IMG/VR virus record: IMGVR_UViG_3300020410_001011
Coordinates: 1 to 34,816 of that record
Length of the DNA stretch: 34,816 nucleotides
Strand: one strand, 5' to 3'
Source of the DNA: a virus
Lineage: Duplodnaviria; Caudoviricetes
This document shows, piece by piece, positions 25,557 to 34,816 of this stretch (the stretch's first letter is position 1; each line of letters opens with the position of its first letter). The translations under genes and the position numbers were made by a program. Under the pieces are notes generated by a model. That model worked only from the letters and a program-made list of their open reading frames with translations, was not told the DNA's origin and searched no databases.

Positions 25557-26536
25557 TTTATAAAAACACTATCTATTTTATCGTAGTTGAAATCTTCCTT
25601 CTTTAAGTAAAAATTATCAAGAAGGAATTTGCCTAGTCTTTCCGGGTCTTTGCAGTTTTCGTTTTCGTCGTAACAATCGGGGTTGAACGGAGCTATGTTT
25701 TGGCAAATTTCATAGCCACAACCAGAGTCCCACATTTCTGGATCTTTTATGATATTGTCTATAGTCTGTGGATGCGGTAAAACAAAAGTATGCTGCCAAG
25801 GCTTGCAAGATACATACTCTGGCCTGAATCCGCTACTAGCGCCATCCATGCTAGTTTGATGGGAGAGGAAAACATCTTTATGTATATAAAAAGTTTTATT
25901 GATAGAAGAGCATATAAAAGAAAAAATTGACTCTGTGCAATGTGATGCAAATATATCTGGCATTAATCTATTGTCAAATTTTTCATAAATTTCATTATCA
26001 AAAAGTTGAACGTGAAGGTTAGTTGTTTTACCTAAGGGTATCCTGAAATGTCCATCCTTGAATAAAGTCTCTTGGCCTGATTCGTCATGACGATCTTTTC
26101 CTTCGTCATACCAAAGCCAAGTACCAGCGTCTGTGTCAGTTCTGCCAGAAGTCATGCCACAGTTCTCTTCTTTATGCAAAGTATATAGATCTTTTATGAC
26201 TTCGTCATTAGTAGAAAATTGATTCCCAAAAGTAATACCGGAGTCTATATATAGATAGGTGTCAAAGTTTCCAAAGTGCTCGACGTTTTTCTGTACAGTA
26301 TGATTAAAAGATACATTAACAGGTACTAAGTCTTGAATTACATTAAAGGTTATTCTATTTGAGAAAACGTTTTGTAATTGACTTATTGAATCCGAAGTAT
26401 TCTTGCAGCTAGAGAGTGCTACTTTAAAGTCGTCAAAATCTTGCGCTAGAATTGACTCTATTGATTTTACATAAGAGAATACATTCTCTCTTCCGGAGAT
26501 TCCGCAAGTATTAAATACGGCTAAAACTTTACTCAT
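25553..26536 (-). CDS. Putative GT-A fold (GT2-like) glycosyltransferase
   Basis: SIESILAQDF...SFN...YLYIDSG pattern; located in the sugar cluster. Confidence 0.55.
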   Translation of the reverse strand: MSKVLAVFNTCGISGRENVFSYVKSIESILAQDFDDFKVALSSCKNTSDSISQLQNVFSNRITFNVIQDLVPVNVSFNHTVQKNVEHFGNFDTYLYIDSGITFGNQFSTNDEVIKDLYTLHKEENCGMTSGRTDTDAGTWLWYDEGKDRHDESGQETLFKDGHFRIPLGKTTNLHVQLFDNEIYEKFDNRLMPDIFASHCTESIFSFICSSINKTFYIHKDVFLSHQTSMDGASSGFRPEYVSCKPWQHTFVLPHPQTIDNIIKDPEMWDSGCGYEICQNIAPFNPDCYDENENCKDPERLGKFLLDNFYLKKEDFNYDKIDSVFIK

Positions 26537-27459
26537 AATCTAACGTTAGGATAATTATTTTCAAACCAGAGATAAGATTTCTTTAGGGACTCTTTTAAGT
26601 TAGTGAATTCAAATTCAGGAAACAGGCTCTTAAGTAGAGTAAGGTTAGATTTCCTAGCCGCTTGACCTTTTGGTTTTGAAGTGTCGTAAACAACTTCTCT
26701 TGGATACTCTGCGACCTCTTTAAGAGTTTCAGCTATCTCTTTAATGCTGTACTGAGTTTCTCCTGAGATTAGAAGTCTCTCTGGTACATCTTCTTTTTCT
26801 AAAAGTTGTAAAATAATTCTAGAAATATCATCTACATACAAAAACTCTCTGATTGCTGACCCGTCGCCCCACACAACAAAGTCGCCACCTTCATGCTTTG
26901 CTTTGTACATTTTGTGGATCAGAGAAGGTATAACGTGGCCGGAGGCTAGATCAAACAAATCATTTTCTCCAAAAATATTTCCGGGAATAATAGAGCAATA
27001 ATTATTTACCTTGTACTGATCCTTGTAGGCTCTTATCTGTACATCTACCATTCTCTTTGCGTGGGCATATGCGAAATTCGCTTCAAAAGGTGGGCCAGCA
27101 TGCATATTGCTTTCCTCCATCTCTTTGCCGTCTGGAAAAACGCAAACAGAAGTAAAAGCAAAAAACTTTTCTACGTTATTGACTGCAGCGTGATGAATCA
27201 TGTACGCATTCATCAACAGGTTCTGATAAAAGAAATCTGCTTGCGCCGACAAATTGCCTGCAATCCCTCCTACTTTTGCAGCCGTGTGTATAACATAATC
27301 CGGCTTATGCTTTTCAAATAAATCTCTTACATCACTTTCTACTGTTAGATTGCCGTCTTCTCGGGTAGTGAATACGAAGTCATAATCATAGCTTTGAGAA
27401 AGCCTTTTGATTGAATTTCCTACCAAACCTCCGCCACCTGTTACTAATACTTTTTTCAT
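26533..27459 (-). CDS. fcl: GDP-L-fucose synthase / ColC-type epimerase-reductase
   Basis: VTGGGGLVG, HTAAKVGGI, SVCVFP, YAHAK, GHVIPSLIHK, WGDGSAIREFLYVDD. Confidence 0.92.
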   Translation of the reverse strand: MKKVLVTGGGGLVGNSIKRLSQSYDYDFVFTTREDGNLTVESDVRDLFEKHKPDYVIHTAAKVGGIAGNLSAQADFFYQNLLMNAYMIHHAAVNNVEKFFAFTSVCVFPDGKEMEESNMHAGPPFEANFAYAHAKRMVDVQIRAYKDQYKVNNYCSIIPGNIFGENDLFDLASGHVIPSLIHKMYKAKHEGGDFVVWGDGSAIREFLYVDDISRIILQLLEKEDVPERLLISGETQYSIKEIAETLKEVAEYPREVVYDTSKPKGQAARKSNLTLLKSLFPEFEFTNLKESLKKSYLWFENNYPNVRL

Positions 27460-28016
27460 TACTTGACCGCTTCTACATTCAGACTCATTAACTTCCCTTC
27501 TATTATACCTCTTTTTTGCCTACTTGTATAAGAAATCTTAGGAAGATAAGATTGGCTATAATCATCTATATAGAAATGCTCAGTATCTCTCCAGTCGTAC
27601 CTTTCTACTGAACTAAAGCCAGTTTTTGTTAAATCAGTCTCAAGCAACTTGAAATCCCAGCCAGAATAGTGAAAATCGTACGGATGTTTTTGCGAGCCGT
27701 ACAAAAAGCACTCTAGCATCTTTAGGTCTTTATGGCAGATATAGTGCTCGAAAACTGCTTGTAGGTCAGGGACGGCGAGCCTTAGTATTCCTCCTTTCTT
27801 TAACACAGAGAACCACCTCTTCATAGCTTCAGAAGCTTCCTGTCTGTTGGCATGCTCAAGTACATGGCAAGCGTATATTAAATCAACAGATTCGTTTTCT
27901 ACATTTTCAAGCTTGAAGACATCATCAACTAAATCTGGCTGTACATCTTCTCTTATATCTACATTTGTAAATCCATGAATTTTTTTATGAAAACAGCCTA
28001 GGTGTAGTTTGTTCAT
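27459..28016 (-). CDS. Class I SAM-dependent methyltransferase-like protein
   Basis: KLHLGC, NVD, IYACHVLEH, LKKGGILRLAVPD, SLNVEAVK. Start placed at MNKLHLG (ATGA overlap). Confidence 0.8.
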   Translation of the reverse strand: MNKLHLGCFHKKIHGFTNVDIREDVQPDLVDDVFKLENVENESVDLIYACHVLEHANRQEASEAMKRWFSVLKKGGILRLAVPDLQAVFEHYICHKDLKMLECFLYGSQKHPYDFHYSGWDFKLLETDLTKTGFSSVERYDWRDTEHFYIDDYSQSYLPKISYTSRQKRGIIEGKLMSLNVEAVK

Positions 28017-28771
28017 AGCTTGTAATTTCTTCTTTCCCAGTATGGACTCTCCGCATCCCAATTATGAGTATTAGTTTTCCTGTCCACTCCTGAGCCTTTA
28101 TACATTTCGGCCATTAGAGGATAATCATGATTGTGGTGCGCTGAAGATACGACTGGGTCATTAGGAGTCCAGTCCGCGCTTAAAACCTTACTTGGAGATG
28201 AATAAATTGTACTGCCAAAATTCTGCATTCTATATGCTAAATCGTGAGTGTTGAAATTTACATGCTCAAATCTACAATCGATACCACCAAACTCAAAGTA
28301 GGTATTTCTATTATACATAAACAAAGGAGCTATTTTCCAGTGAGCTGATATTCCTAGTCTAGCTTGATCTGCATGAGTAGCTCCAATCCAGTATGAATCA
28401 TCTTGATCCTGAGTACCTGTAAAGTTTTTTCCTTCGGAGTATCTGAGTGTCATACCGTCTCCTTTCGGCATTGTCTTTAACAGCTCCAAGCATTCTTCCA
28501 GTGAACCTATTTCTAATTTTATATCGTCTGGTATCCAGCAGATATATTCTCCTGCACTTAATGTAGCTCCAAGCTGTACGCATCTGCTTGGATGCCCAAA
28601 ATCTCTGACATATCTAAAATTGAGTTTATCGTCAAAATAATTACTTGGAATCTTTGGGCCTATAAAAATAACTTCAAATTTATTTTTTTTAAAAGTAGAA
28701 TCAAGTTCTTCGTATATTCTTGCCCAGTTTTCTGGACGAATGCCCGGTATTATTACTGATATATCAAACAT
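28013..28771 (-). CDS. GT2 family glycosyltransferase
   Basis: DISVIIP, FEVIFI, GEYICWIPDD, FGGIDCRF...DLAYR. Confidence 0.82.
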   Translation of the reverse strand: MFDISVIIPGIRPENWARIYEELDSTFKKNKFEVIFIGPKIPSNYFDDKLNFRYVRDFGHPSRCVQLGATLSAGEYICWIPDDIKLEIGSLEECLELLKTMPKGDGMTLRYSEGKNFTGTQDQDDSYWIGATHADQARLGISAHWKIAPLFMYNRNTYFEFGGIDCRFEHVNFNTHDLAYRMQNFGSTIYSSPSKVLSADWTPNDPVVSSAHHNHDYPLMAEMYKGSGVDRKTNTHNWDAESPYWERRNYKL

Positions 28772-29528
28772 TTTTTAGTTTATAGATATCGCATTCTATA
28801 TCGTATACGTAATCCATTCCTTTCTTATAGTTTTTTATTAGTTTGTATACAGAGTTGTATGTTATTGAAAAGTCTTTTAATTCGCTTTGAACGGTCATTG
28901 GGTCATTTGGTAATCTGTGGTATTTAGCTCCATTGTACTGAATTGCCTGCTCTCCATTATAATATAGGAAAGCTCCTAGATACCAATCAGCCATGCTCCA
29001 AAGTTTCGGGTGCATGATGTGCTCGCCCAGAAGGTTTTCGTAAGTGCTTCTCTCGACAATTGGAAAAGGTGTGACATGAAATCTTGGCATGCTGAAAACA
29101 TTTTCTGCCTGCAGCAAATTCCTATGGGTAGGGCCCTCTTCAACAAACGTAATTTCATCTGTTAGCCCTCCTGCTAAAGTTGTTATTTTGAACTTTCTAT
29201 CTTTAAATAAATCAGATTTTAAAAAATCTATAACTCCAAATATGTCTCCTATTGCAAAATGATCGTCAACGCAAATAGCCAGATAGTCACCTTTGCTTAT
29301 TTTTGCACAGTTATTAAAAGCAACTTCTTGCCCCAAGTTTTCTTTTTCTTCAAGCCAGATAACCCTATCGTCATCTATTTTGTCTGGATGAGAAATTATG
29401 ATTTCAAAAGTATACTTACTTCCTTTTGAGAGTTGGTAAATTGAAGAAACAAAGTTTATTCCAAAGTCTTCATATCTTTTGATAGAAGACATTAAAAAAC
29501 TAATATCTACCTTGTCTTCATTTTTCAT
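28764..29528 (-). CDS. GT2-like glycosyltransferase
   Basis: DISFLM, FEIII, AFN...SKGDYLAICVDD. Confidence 0.72.
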   Translation of the reverse strand: MKNEDKVDISFLMSSIKRYEDFGINFVSSIYQLSKGSKYTFEIIISHPDKIDDDRVIWLEEKENLGQEVAFNNCAKISKGDYLAICVDDHFAIGDIFGVIDFLKSDLFKDRKFKITTLAGGLTDEITFVEEGPTHRNLLQAENVFSMPRFHVTPFPIVERSTYENLLGEHIMHPKLWSMADWYLGAFLYYNGEQAIQYNGAKYHRLPNDPMTVQSELKDFSITYNSVYKLIKNYKKGMDYVYDIECDIYKLKNV

Positions 29529-30051
29529 TATAATAGTCCCCCCACTCTACAAGTATGGTAGACTTTCCGTCTTCTCTCTCGTATGCTTTTTGGTAAGACT
29601 CGAATATTTCTTCTGGTTCATTTAGTCTAACAACTTCTATATTTGGAGCCATAAGTTTAAAAGAATCTGTATAGTCCCCAACATGTTGATGCTGTGGATG
29701 CAAGGGTCTTTCTGATCCTATAGATGTTCTGATGATAACCTTTGGCCTGTATTCAGACATTTCAGGTATTTTATCTAAGTGATTTACGATTTGATTTGTG
29801 GCCAGAAGCAAGAAATTCCATCTAGGGAAAATAGAAACAGGCACGTTGTCTCCAGCTAAAGCCAAACCGTTCGTAAAGCCCATTTGCATATCTTCGCAGA
29901 CAGGAAACTCAATAAGCTTTTCTTTAGCCACATCTTTTAGGGTGTTGCTCATGCCTGTACCCGCAACCTCAACAGCTTGACCTATGAATAGCGTGTCTGG
30001 CTTTTCTCCAAGCCATTCCATAGATCTTTTTAGCTCATCAAAATATTTCAT
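29518..30051 (-). CDS. TPP-dependent enzyme E1-beta/transketolase pyrimidine-binding subunit (no C-terminal domain)
   Basis: IEFPVCEDMQMGFTNGLALAG, FLLLATNQIVNH, PQHQH; only 177 aa. Confidence 0.85.
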   Translation of the reverse strand: MKYFDELKRSMEWLGEKPDTLFIGQAVEVAGTGMSNTLKDVAKEKLIEFPVCEDMQMGFTNGLALAGDNVPVSIFPRWNFLLLATNQIVNHLDKIPEMSEYRPKVIIRTSIGSERPLHPQHQHVGDYTDSFKLMAPNIEVVRLNEPEEIFESYQKAYEREDGKSTILVEWGDYYNEK

Positions 30052-30674
30052 TAGAATTGGATTCTTTTGCCTGCTCCAGCATGTGGATATTTTGTATCAT
30101 ATTTGTAATATATAACATTGCCTCTTGAATTAAGTAGATCTAGCTCTTCGTAAGAAAGGTTCTTCATATTCCAAGTTTCTCTTGTGTTAGTGCAGACGCT
30201 TTTACCGTTATCCTCCACTACCCAAGTGATAGGTAGATTCTGAGAAGTAGAATACTTTACGTTTTCGTGGAACGAGCCTGTTTCAGAGGTCATTTCTCCG
30301 ACGAAACACCAAACATTCGCCGTAGAACCTTTTCTCTTTTCGGCCAAAGCTCTGCCATTTGCGATAGGAATGCTGCCGGTTACAATAGCAGAAGAGAAAA
30401 TTCTGTACTCTGGGTAACACAAGGTTATAGACTTTCCTGCTAGTATATCTTTCTTAAGTTGATCTCTAGGCACGCCCTTTAGTAAGCACTGATAGTGGCT
30501 TCGCCAAGTGCAAAATACATAATCCTCTTCTTTTACATCTTCAAATATTTTAATTATCTTTTCTTCATTGCCACTATATAAATGAATTGGAGCTCTAATT
30601 TCTGCATTATTAAAGCATTCCCCTATCTCTTCCTCAAAAGATATTAAGTCTTGTGGCGTTAGATTAGTTTTCAT
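30051..30674 (-). CDS. TPP-dependent enzyme E1-alpha-like subunit
   Basis: PIHLYSGNE, TWRSHY..L.KG, SAIV, GEM..ETGSFHE...VVEDN. Confidence 0.85.
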   Translation of the reverse strand: MKTNLTPQDLISFEEEIGECFNNAEIRAPIHLYSGNEEKIIKIFEDVKEEDYVFCTWRSHYQCLLKGVPRDQLKKDILAGKSITLCYPEYRIFSSAIVTGSIPIANGRALAEKRKGSTANVWCFVGEMTSETGSFHENVKYSTSQNLPITWVVEDNGKSVCTNTRETWNMKNLSYEELDLLNSRGNVIYYKYDTKYPHAGAGKRIQF

Positions 30675-31890
30675 TTAGTATTTCAGTTATATAGTTAATC
30701 TTAGACTCCTCTAACTCGGGATAGTTTCCAATGTACCATCCAAAGTGGTGACAGTGATCCGCTTCTGGATAGTCTAGTGGGTCAGGAGCCTTGTAGACAC
30801 CATTGATTTTGATATTAAAATTCTTAACATATTTTTCTATGTAAGGTTGGCGAATTTGGCTGCCGCCTCCAGACAGGCCTCTTCTAAACTCTATGTCATG
30901 CTTGTTTAGTTTTTCCTCTATCCTATCTCTTAAATTAAAGTCAGGCTCATTTAGGATGGGGGTAAACGCATAATTAGAGTTGCCTTCATGATTCAAGTCA
31001 GTTCTAAACTTTTCTGAGTCTAGATTGTTCATGAAAGTATAATAGTTTTCATTTCTGCGCTTGTTGTTAGCGTCAAGTCTTTTAAGTTGGTTAGACGCAA
31101 GGACAGCGTTGATTTCAGTGCTTCTGAAATTGTAAGCCGCTTCTGCAAAGATGAAATCTGAGTTTAGATCTGGATACTCTTCTATATACTCGTTTTTAAG
31201 AGTATCGCTAGAAGCTTCTCTGACCATACCGTGAGATCTGAACATTCTGCAGAATTGATATATCTCAGGATCATCAGTGCTTACCATCCCTCCTTCGATA
31301 GAGGTCATATGATGAGCATAATAAAAAGAGAAATTTGAAATCTTGCCAAAAGTTCCAACCTTCTTTCCTTTGAAAGTCGCGCCATGAGACTCGCAAACAT
31401 CTTCTACTAAAATTAAATCATTATCTTCGCACAGCTTTAGTATTTTGTCTGTTAGCCCGTTGTATCCTAAAACATGGGTTAGGAATACTACTTTAGTTTT
31501 CCTAGTAATTTTTTCTTCTAATTCGTCTTCGTCTATAGCAAGAGTTTTTGGATTGATGTCGCAGAATACAGGAGTAAATCCATTTTGTAAAACAGCTGAT
31601 ATATCTGATATCCAAGTAATTGGCGGAACTATAACTTCTGCACCCTCTGGTAGAATTTGCTTTAAAGATAAAAAGGTTATCTGGTTAGCGGAAGACCCAG
31701 AGTTGACCATTGTATTATTTGGCATGCAGAGCCGAGTTGGGTCATTGGTTAGCCATTCTCCCCACTCTTTTTCAAATTGTTTTACTCTTTTATTATTAGT
31801 AAGTATAGGTTGAGGGTCTTGCGACAAGAAATCAACTAAGACGTTTAAGTCCTCCTTGCTAATATTGTCTGACATTAATGGGTGTTTCAT
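30664..31890 (-). CDS. DegT/DnrJ-family PLP enzyme, ColD/RfbH-type 4-keto-6-deoxy-sugar 3-dehydratase
   Basis: VNSGSSAN, EDVCESHGA, and SFYYAHHMTSIEGGM with His in place of the Schiff-base Lys. Confidence 0.85.
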   Translation of the reverse strand: MKHPLMSDNISKEDLNVLVDFLSQDPQPILTNNKRVKQFEKEWGEWLTNDPTRLCMPNNTMVNSGSSANQITFLSLKQILPEGAEVIVPPITWISDISAVLQNGFTPVFCDINPKTLAIDEDELEEKITRKTKVVFLTHVLGYNGLTDKILKLCEDNDLILVEDVCESHGATFKGKKVGTFGKISNFSFYYAHHMTSIEGGMVSTDDPEIYQFCRMFRSHGMVREASSDTLKNEYIEEYPDLNSDFIFAEAAYNFRSTEINAVLASNQLKRLDANNKRRNENYYTFMNNLDSEKFRTDLNHEGNSNYAFTPILNEPDFNLRDRIEEKLNKHDIEFRRGLSGGGSQIRQPYIEKYVKNFNIKINGVYKAPDPLDYPEADHCHHFGWYIGNYPELEESKINYITEILNEN

Positions 31891-33410
31891 GCTATTTCTT
31901 CAGCTTCTTCTACAAGCAATCTTTTTAAAGTTATTCTGCACATTTTTTTAATGTTGTCAGCCTGTTTTTGTCCATACTTGGATTTTATTCTTTCCAAAAA
32001 CTTTTCGTTCATATGGTACTTATTAAAAGCTTCGTCTCTGAATTTTAGGATCTGCCAAGGCTTTAGCGAGTCTGTTTCCGAGCAAACAGAATCATAAGAA
32101 TGAAAAGAATATCCTGAGTATTCTTCTGGGAGCCTGTGACCTTTGGCGACAGCATCGGCATATAGCTGACTTCCCGGAAGAGCCATTGCTGCATAAGCGT
32201 TCCATCCAGAAGTGCAAAGCTCTAAACTTAAATCTAAAGTCTCCTGCATCGTTTCCATTGTGTCTCCCGGAAGCCCAAATATATAATTTGCCATGACTTC
32301 TATGCCTGCGTCATGAATTTGGTCAACCACTTCCTTTATTTTAACATCTTTGAATTTGCCTTTAGATACTTCAAGTCTAACTTCTCTGCTACTAGACTCG
32401 ATTCCTAGAGCTATATATTTAACGCCAGCATCTCTTAATAAGGTAAGCGTCTCTGGATTGGAAACGGTATCAATTCTAGAATAAACCCAAAGCTTTAATT
32501 TATCTACATACCATTTTTTGCTTAACATTTCACAAACTGGAACATAGAATTTTTTGTTAAGTAGGAAAAGCTCGTCAGTTATCTTTATAGTAAAAACTCC
32601 CTGCTCTGCAAGTTTGTCAAATTCTTTTATGATAAACTCTGGAGACCAGTGCCTCATCTTGCTATAGTTACCAGCCACTCCAGTTTCTTCATTATCGTCT
32701 CTGTTGATAATATTGATAATGCAAAAGTTGCAACTAAACTTACAACCTAAAGAAGTTTGAATAGCTGCATAAGGAGTTCTAGAATCTTCGTCATATTCTG
32801 CATGCCACATAGGGCTTCGATAAAGATTTAAATCTGGCAAAAGATCCCAAGCGTAACCCGGTAAATCTTCATCTAAATCAGTTACGACAGATTCGGGTGG
32901 GTTAAAAGTAGGTTCTCCATTTTTTCTGTAAGCTATTCCTTTTACGTTAGCAAGGGTCGATTCATTTATGTCTCCAAGAGATAAAACTCTTAATAGCGAT
33001 TTTACTCCTTCATTAGTAAATACAAAATCTATAGAAGGCTCTTCACTCAAAGCTTTGAGAGGTAAAGCTTGCACATACGAACCTACAAAAGCTATAGGTG
33101 TAGATAGGTTATCTTTAATGTATGTGCTGAGCCTCGCGGCTCCGCTCATACTGACGACACCAGCGTTAACATTTTGCCCGTAAACAACAAAGCAAATAAG
33201 TTTAGGATTAAGAGAGCTTATTCTCTCTAAACTTTGTTTATCGGATAAATTTTCAGCCAGAGTATCTAGTATGCCTACGTTATAACCTTTGCTTCTAGCG
33301 GCTTGAGCTAAGAGTAAAGCCCAAGTGGGAGGCTCTATTGCGCTATAGTCGTTGGATAGATCTTGATATACTGCGCCAGAATTATTTGGAGATACAAATA
33401 ATATGTCCAT
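31887..33410 (-). CDS. B12-binding radical SAM protein (putative methyltransferase)
   Basis: N-terminal cobalamin-binding pattern (EPP.W...LA), TSLGCKFSCNFC (CxxxCxxC), LGIES, NYIFGLPGDT. Confidence 0.9.
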   Translation of the reverse strand: MDILFVSPNNSGAVYQDLSNDYSAIEPPTWALLLAQAARSKGYNVGILDTLAENLSDKQSLERISSLNPKLICFVVYGQNVNAGVVSMSGAARLSTYIKDNLSTPIAFVGSYVQALPLKALSEEPSIDFVFTNEGVKSLLRVLSLGDINESTLANVKGIAYRKNGEPTFNPPESVVTDLDEDLPGYAWDLLPDLNLYRSPMWHAEYDEDSRTPYAAIQTSLGCKFSCNFCIINIINRDDNEETGVAGNYSKMRHWSPEFIIKEFDKLAEQGVFTIKITDELFLLNKKFYVPVCEMLSKKWYVDKLKLWVYSRIDTVSNPETLTLLRDAGVKYIALGIESSSREVRLEVSKGKFKDVKIKEVVDQIHDAGIEVMANYIFGLPGDTMETMQETLDLSLELCTSGWNAYAAMALPGSQLYADAVAKGHRLPEEYSGYSFHSYDSVCSETDSLKPWQILKFRDEAFNKYHMNEKFLERIKSKYGQKQADNIKKMCRITLKRLLVEEAEEIA

Positions 33411-34417
33411 TACAGGTTAGTATGTTTTACGTTAGCTTTACTGAATACTTGATATGCTCTCACTAGCTCTTGAATGCCTTTGTCTATATCTACTCTAGCT
33501 TCCCAGCCTGTAGCTTCAAGCTTATCATTACTAACTATATAGTTTCTTTTGTCTGGGTCAGAATTTATTTCACTTGTCGTGATGACAAATCCCGGAACGT
33601 GCTCTTTGATTTTTTCGCAGAGTTCAAACTTCGAAAAATTAGCGCTAGACAAACCGACGTTATAAGATTGGCCATATGGGTTAAAAGGATTATTGTCATC
33701 GTCTATAAAAATAGTTGCCCCTTCGTTATTTGGATGTGGCCTATGTCCAAACATATGAATGAAGGCATGGGCGACATCTCTAATATGTATGAAGTTTCTC
33801 TTAAAAGAACTTTCAAATAAAGTGATGCAGCTATCTGTGACAGCCCTCAGGACAAAGTCGTTTACAAGCAGATCCTTTCTGAACCTGTAAGAAGTACCAA
33901 ATACAGTAGCCAGCCTAAGAGAAGTGTGGCCAGCGCCGAGAACCCATTCTTCTGCGTCACACTTTGTTCTGCCGTAAACAGAGATAGGCGCAAGAGGGGT
34001 TTCTTCTGTGCAATGAGCCTCGCCGTCACTGACTCCATATCCGCTGTTTGTGTTAGGGTAAATTATCCTGCATTTAGTAGATTGAACAATATACTTTACA
34101 TGCTCGAAGTTAACTGCTGTAGCAAGCTTTTCGTCTCTGGCGCAGGCAGGGAAGCCAACAATTGCAGCTAAAGGAATAACATAGTCGTTATTTTTATCTA
34201 GCTTTTGCAACTGCTCTAGTAAAGAATTTTTGTCTCTTACATCTCCATAGACAAACTCAAACCTATCTTTAGGATGTTTAAAAAAACTAAAGAGCCCGTC
34301 CTGCTTGTACATCAAGTTATCGTAAACAATAACCTTTGCATAGGGAAATCTATTCAGTATCTCCTCGGTCAGTACAGTTCCTAAATATCCTGCTCCTCCT
34401 GTAATAAGAACTTTCAT
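33410..34417 (-). CDS. NAD-dependent nucleotide-sugar epimerase/dehydratase
   Basis: ITGGAGYLG, LAAIVG.PAC, YGRTK, LRLATVFG, DLLVNDF. Confidence 0.92.
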   Translation of the reverse strand: MKVLITGGAGYLGTVLTEEILNRFPYAKVIVYDNLMYKQDGLFSFFKHPKDRFEFVYGDVRDKNSLLEQLQKLDKNNDYVIPLAAIVGFPACARDEKLATAVNFEHVKYIVQSTKCRIIYPNTNSGYGVSDGEAHCTEETPLAPISVYGRTKCDAEEWVLGAGHTSLRLATVFGTSYRFRKDLLVNDFVLRAVTDSCITLFESSFKRNFIHIRDVAHAFIHMFGHRPHPNNEGATIFIDDDNNPFNPYGQSYNVGLSSANFSKFELCEKIKEHVPGFVITTSEINSDPDKRNYIVSNDKLEATGWEARVDIDKGIQELVRAYQVFSKANVKHTNL

Positions 34418-34816
34418 TTAAAATATGTCCCAGTTTTGAAATTCTGATTTTAATTCTGCTGCCAAACAATCAATCTTTAAATCGACTCTTTCTCCTAAGC
34501 CTTTAGACAAAACATTCTTGGCTGTATTCCTAACTCCGTTAATCGAGTGAGTCAGCTTCAGGGCAGACAAGTCTTGATTTTCGCCGCCTCTACATTTGCT
34601 TTCGTTCTCCCAAATATATCTATTAGAAAGCATAATAATCATAAGAGACTTAACTATGTCAGAGTTTAGTTTAATATCTCTTTCTTCACAAATTTTATCC
34701 AAATCGTGTTTTATGTCGCTTACCTCTTGGTCGTAAGCTTCTTTATTTTCTGGAATAAAAATAGACTTAAGAATGCAGATAGACATTCTGTCGGTTAGTT
34801 CAGCGAAGGTGGGTAA
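34418..34816 (-). CDS. Hypothetical helical protein (possibly DUF6165-like), 5'-truncated by the window edge
   Basis: The frame stays open to the edge (LPTFAELTDRMSICILK...), matching an ELxDRxSIxxLK...N..IW..E...R pattern. Confidence 0.6.
   Translation of the reverse strand, partial: LPTFAELTDRMSICILKSIFIPENKEAYDQEVSDIKHDLDKICEERDIKLNSDIVKSLMIIMLSNRYIWENESKCRGGENQDLSALKLTHSINGVRNTAKNVLSKGLGERVDLKIDCLAAELKSEFQNWDIF

Noticed and set aside
29518-30674. Pyruvate dehydrogenase pdhA/pdhB as auxiliary metabolic genes
   Set aside because: The subunits are too short, no E2/E3 is present, and the context is nucleotide-sugar biosynthesis.
32426-32442. Partial in-window match (CATCTCTTAAT) to the predicted U10 target
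   Set aside because: Only 11 AT-rich nucleotides match and the second segment does not; consistent with chance.
765-34171. Plus-strand ORFs and nested alternative-frame minus ORFs in the ORF track
   Set aside because: They are antisense or out-of-frame shadows of well-supported minus-strand genes and have no recognisable motifs.

Overview
A 34.8-kb piece of a large AT-rich tailed-phage genome. Essentially every credible gene is on the minus strand, tightly packed with ATGA/GTGA overlaps. In transcription order (right to left) there are five parts. (1) A ~15-kb glycan/nucleotide-sugar cluster: epimerase, B12 radical SAM, ColD-type dehydratase, split TPP enzyme, GT2s, methyltransferase, Fcl, CMP-sugar synthetase-cupin, class III aminotransferase, GmhA, HldE-kinase, NUDIX and Gmd. 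(2) A replication/recombination module: RecA, DUF559-like nuclease, a tubulin/FtsZ homologue, DnaB, primase, Cas4/RecB-like nuclease and a DnaE split into PHP and catalytic genes around DnaQ. (3) GT4/GT9 glycosyltransferases. (4) A Rad52/Sak-like annealase, a thermonuclease and small ORFs. (5) The 5' end of a T4 rIIA-like gene. The most striking unannotated element is a family of ten ~60-nt structured non-coding units at four loci (447-654, 1633-1829, 2916-2974, 12459-12653). Their minus-strand architecture is fixed: stem-bulge-stem, UUC-N8-U, 5-bp hairpin, UUC-N8-U, closing stems. All 20 N8 segments differ while the stems covary, which looks like a dual-spacer guide-RNA array, reminiscent of TIGR/bridge-RNA architecture. 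No Nop-domain effector is recognisable in the window. A separate promoter class, TTGAC(A/T)-N5-CCAGAA-N6-(-10), occurs three times. All protein calls come from motif recognition by eye, not database searches.
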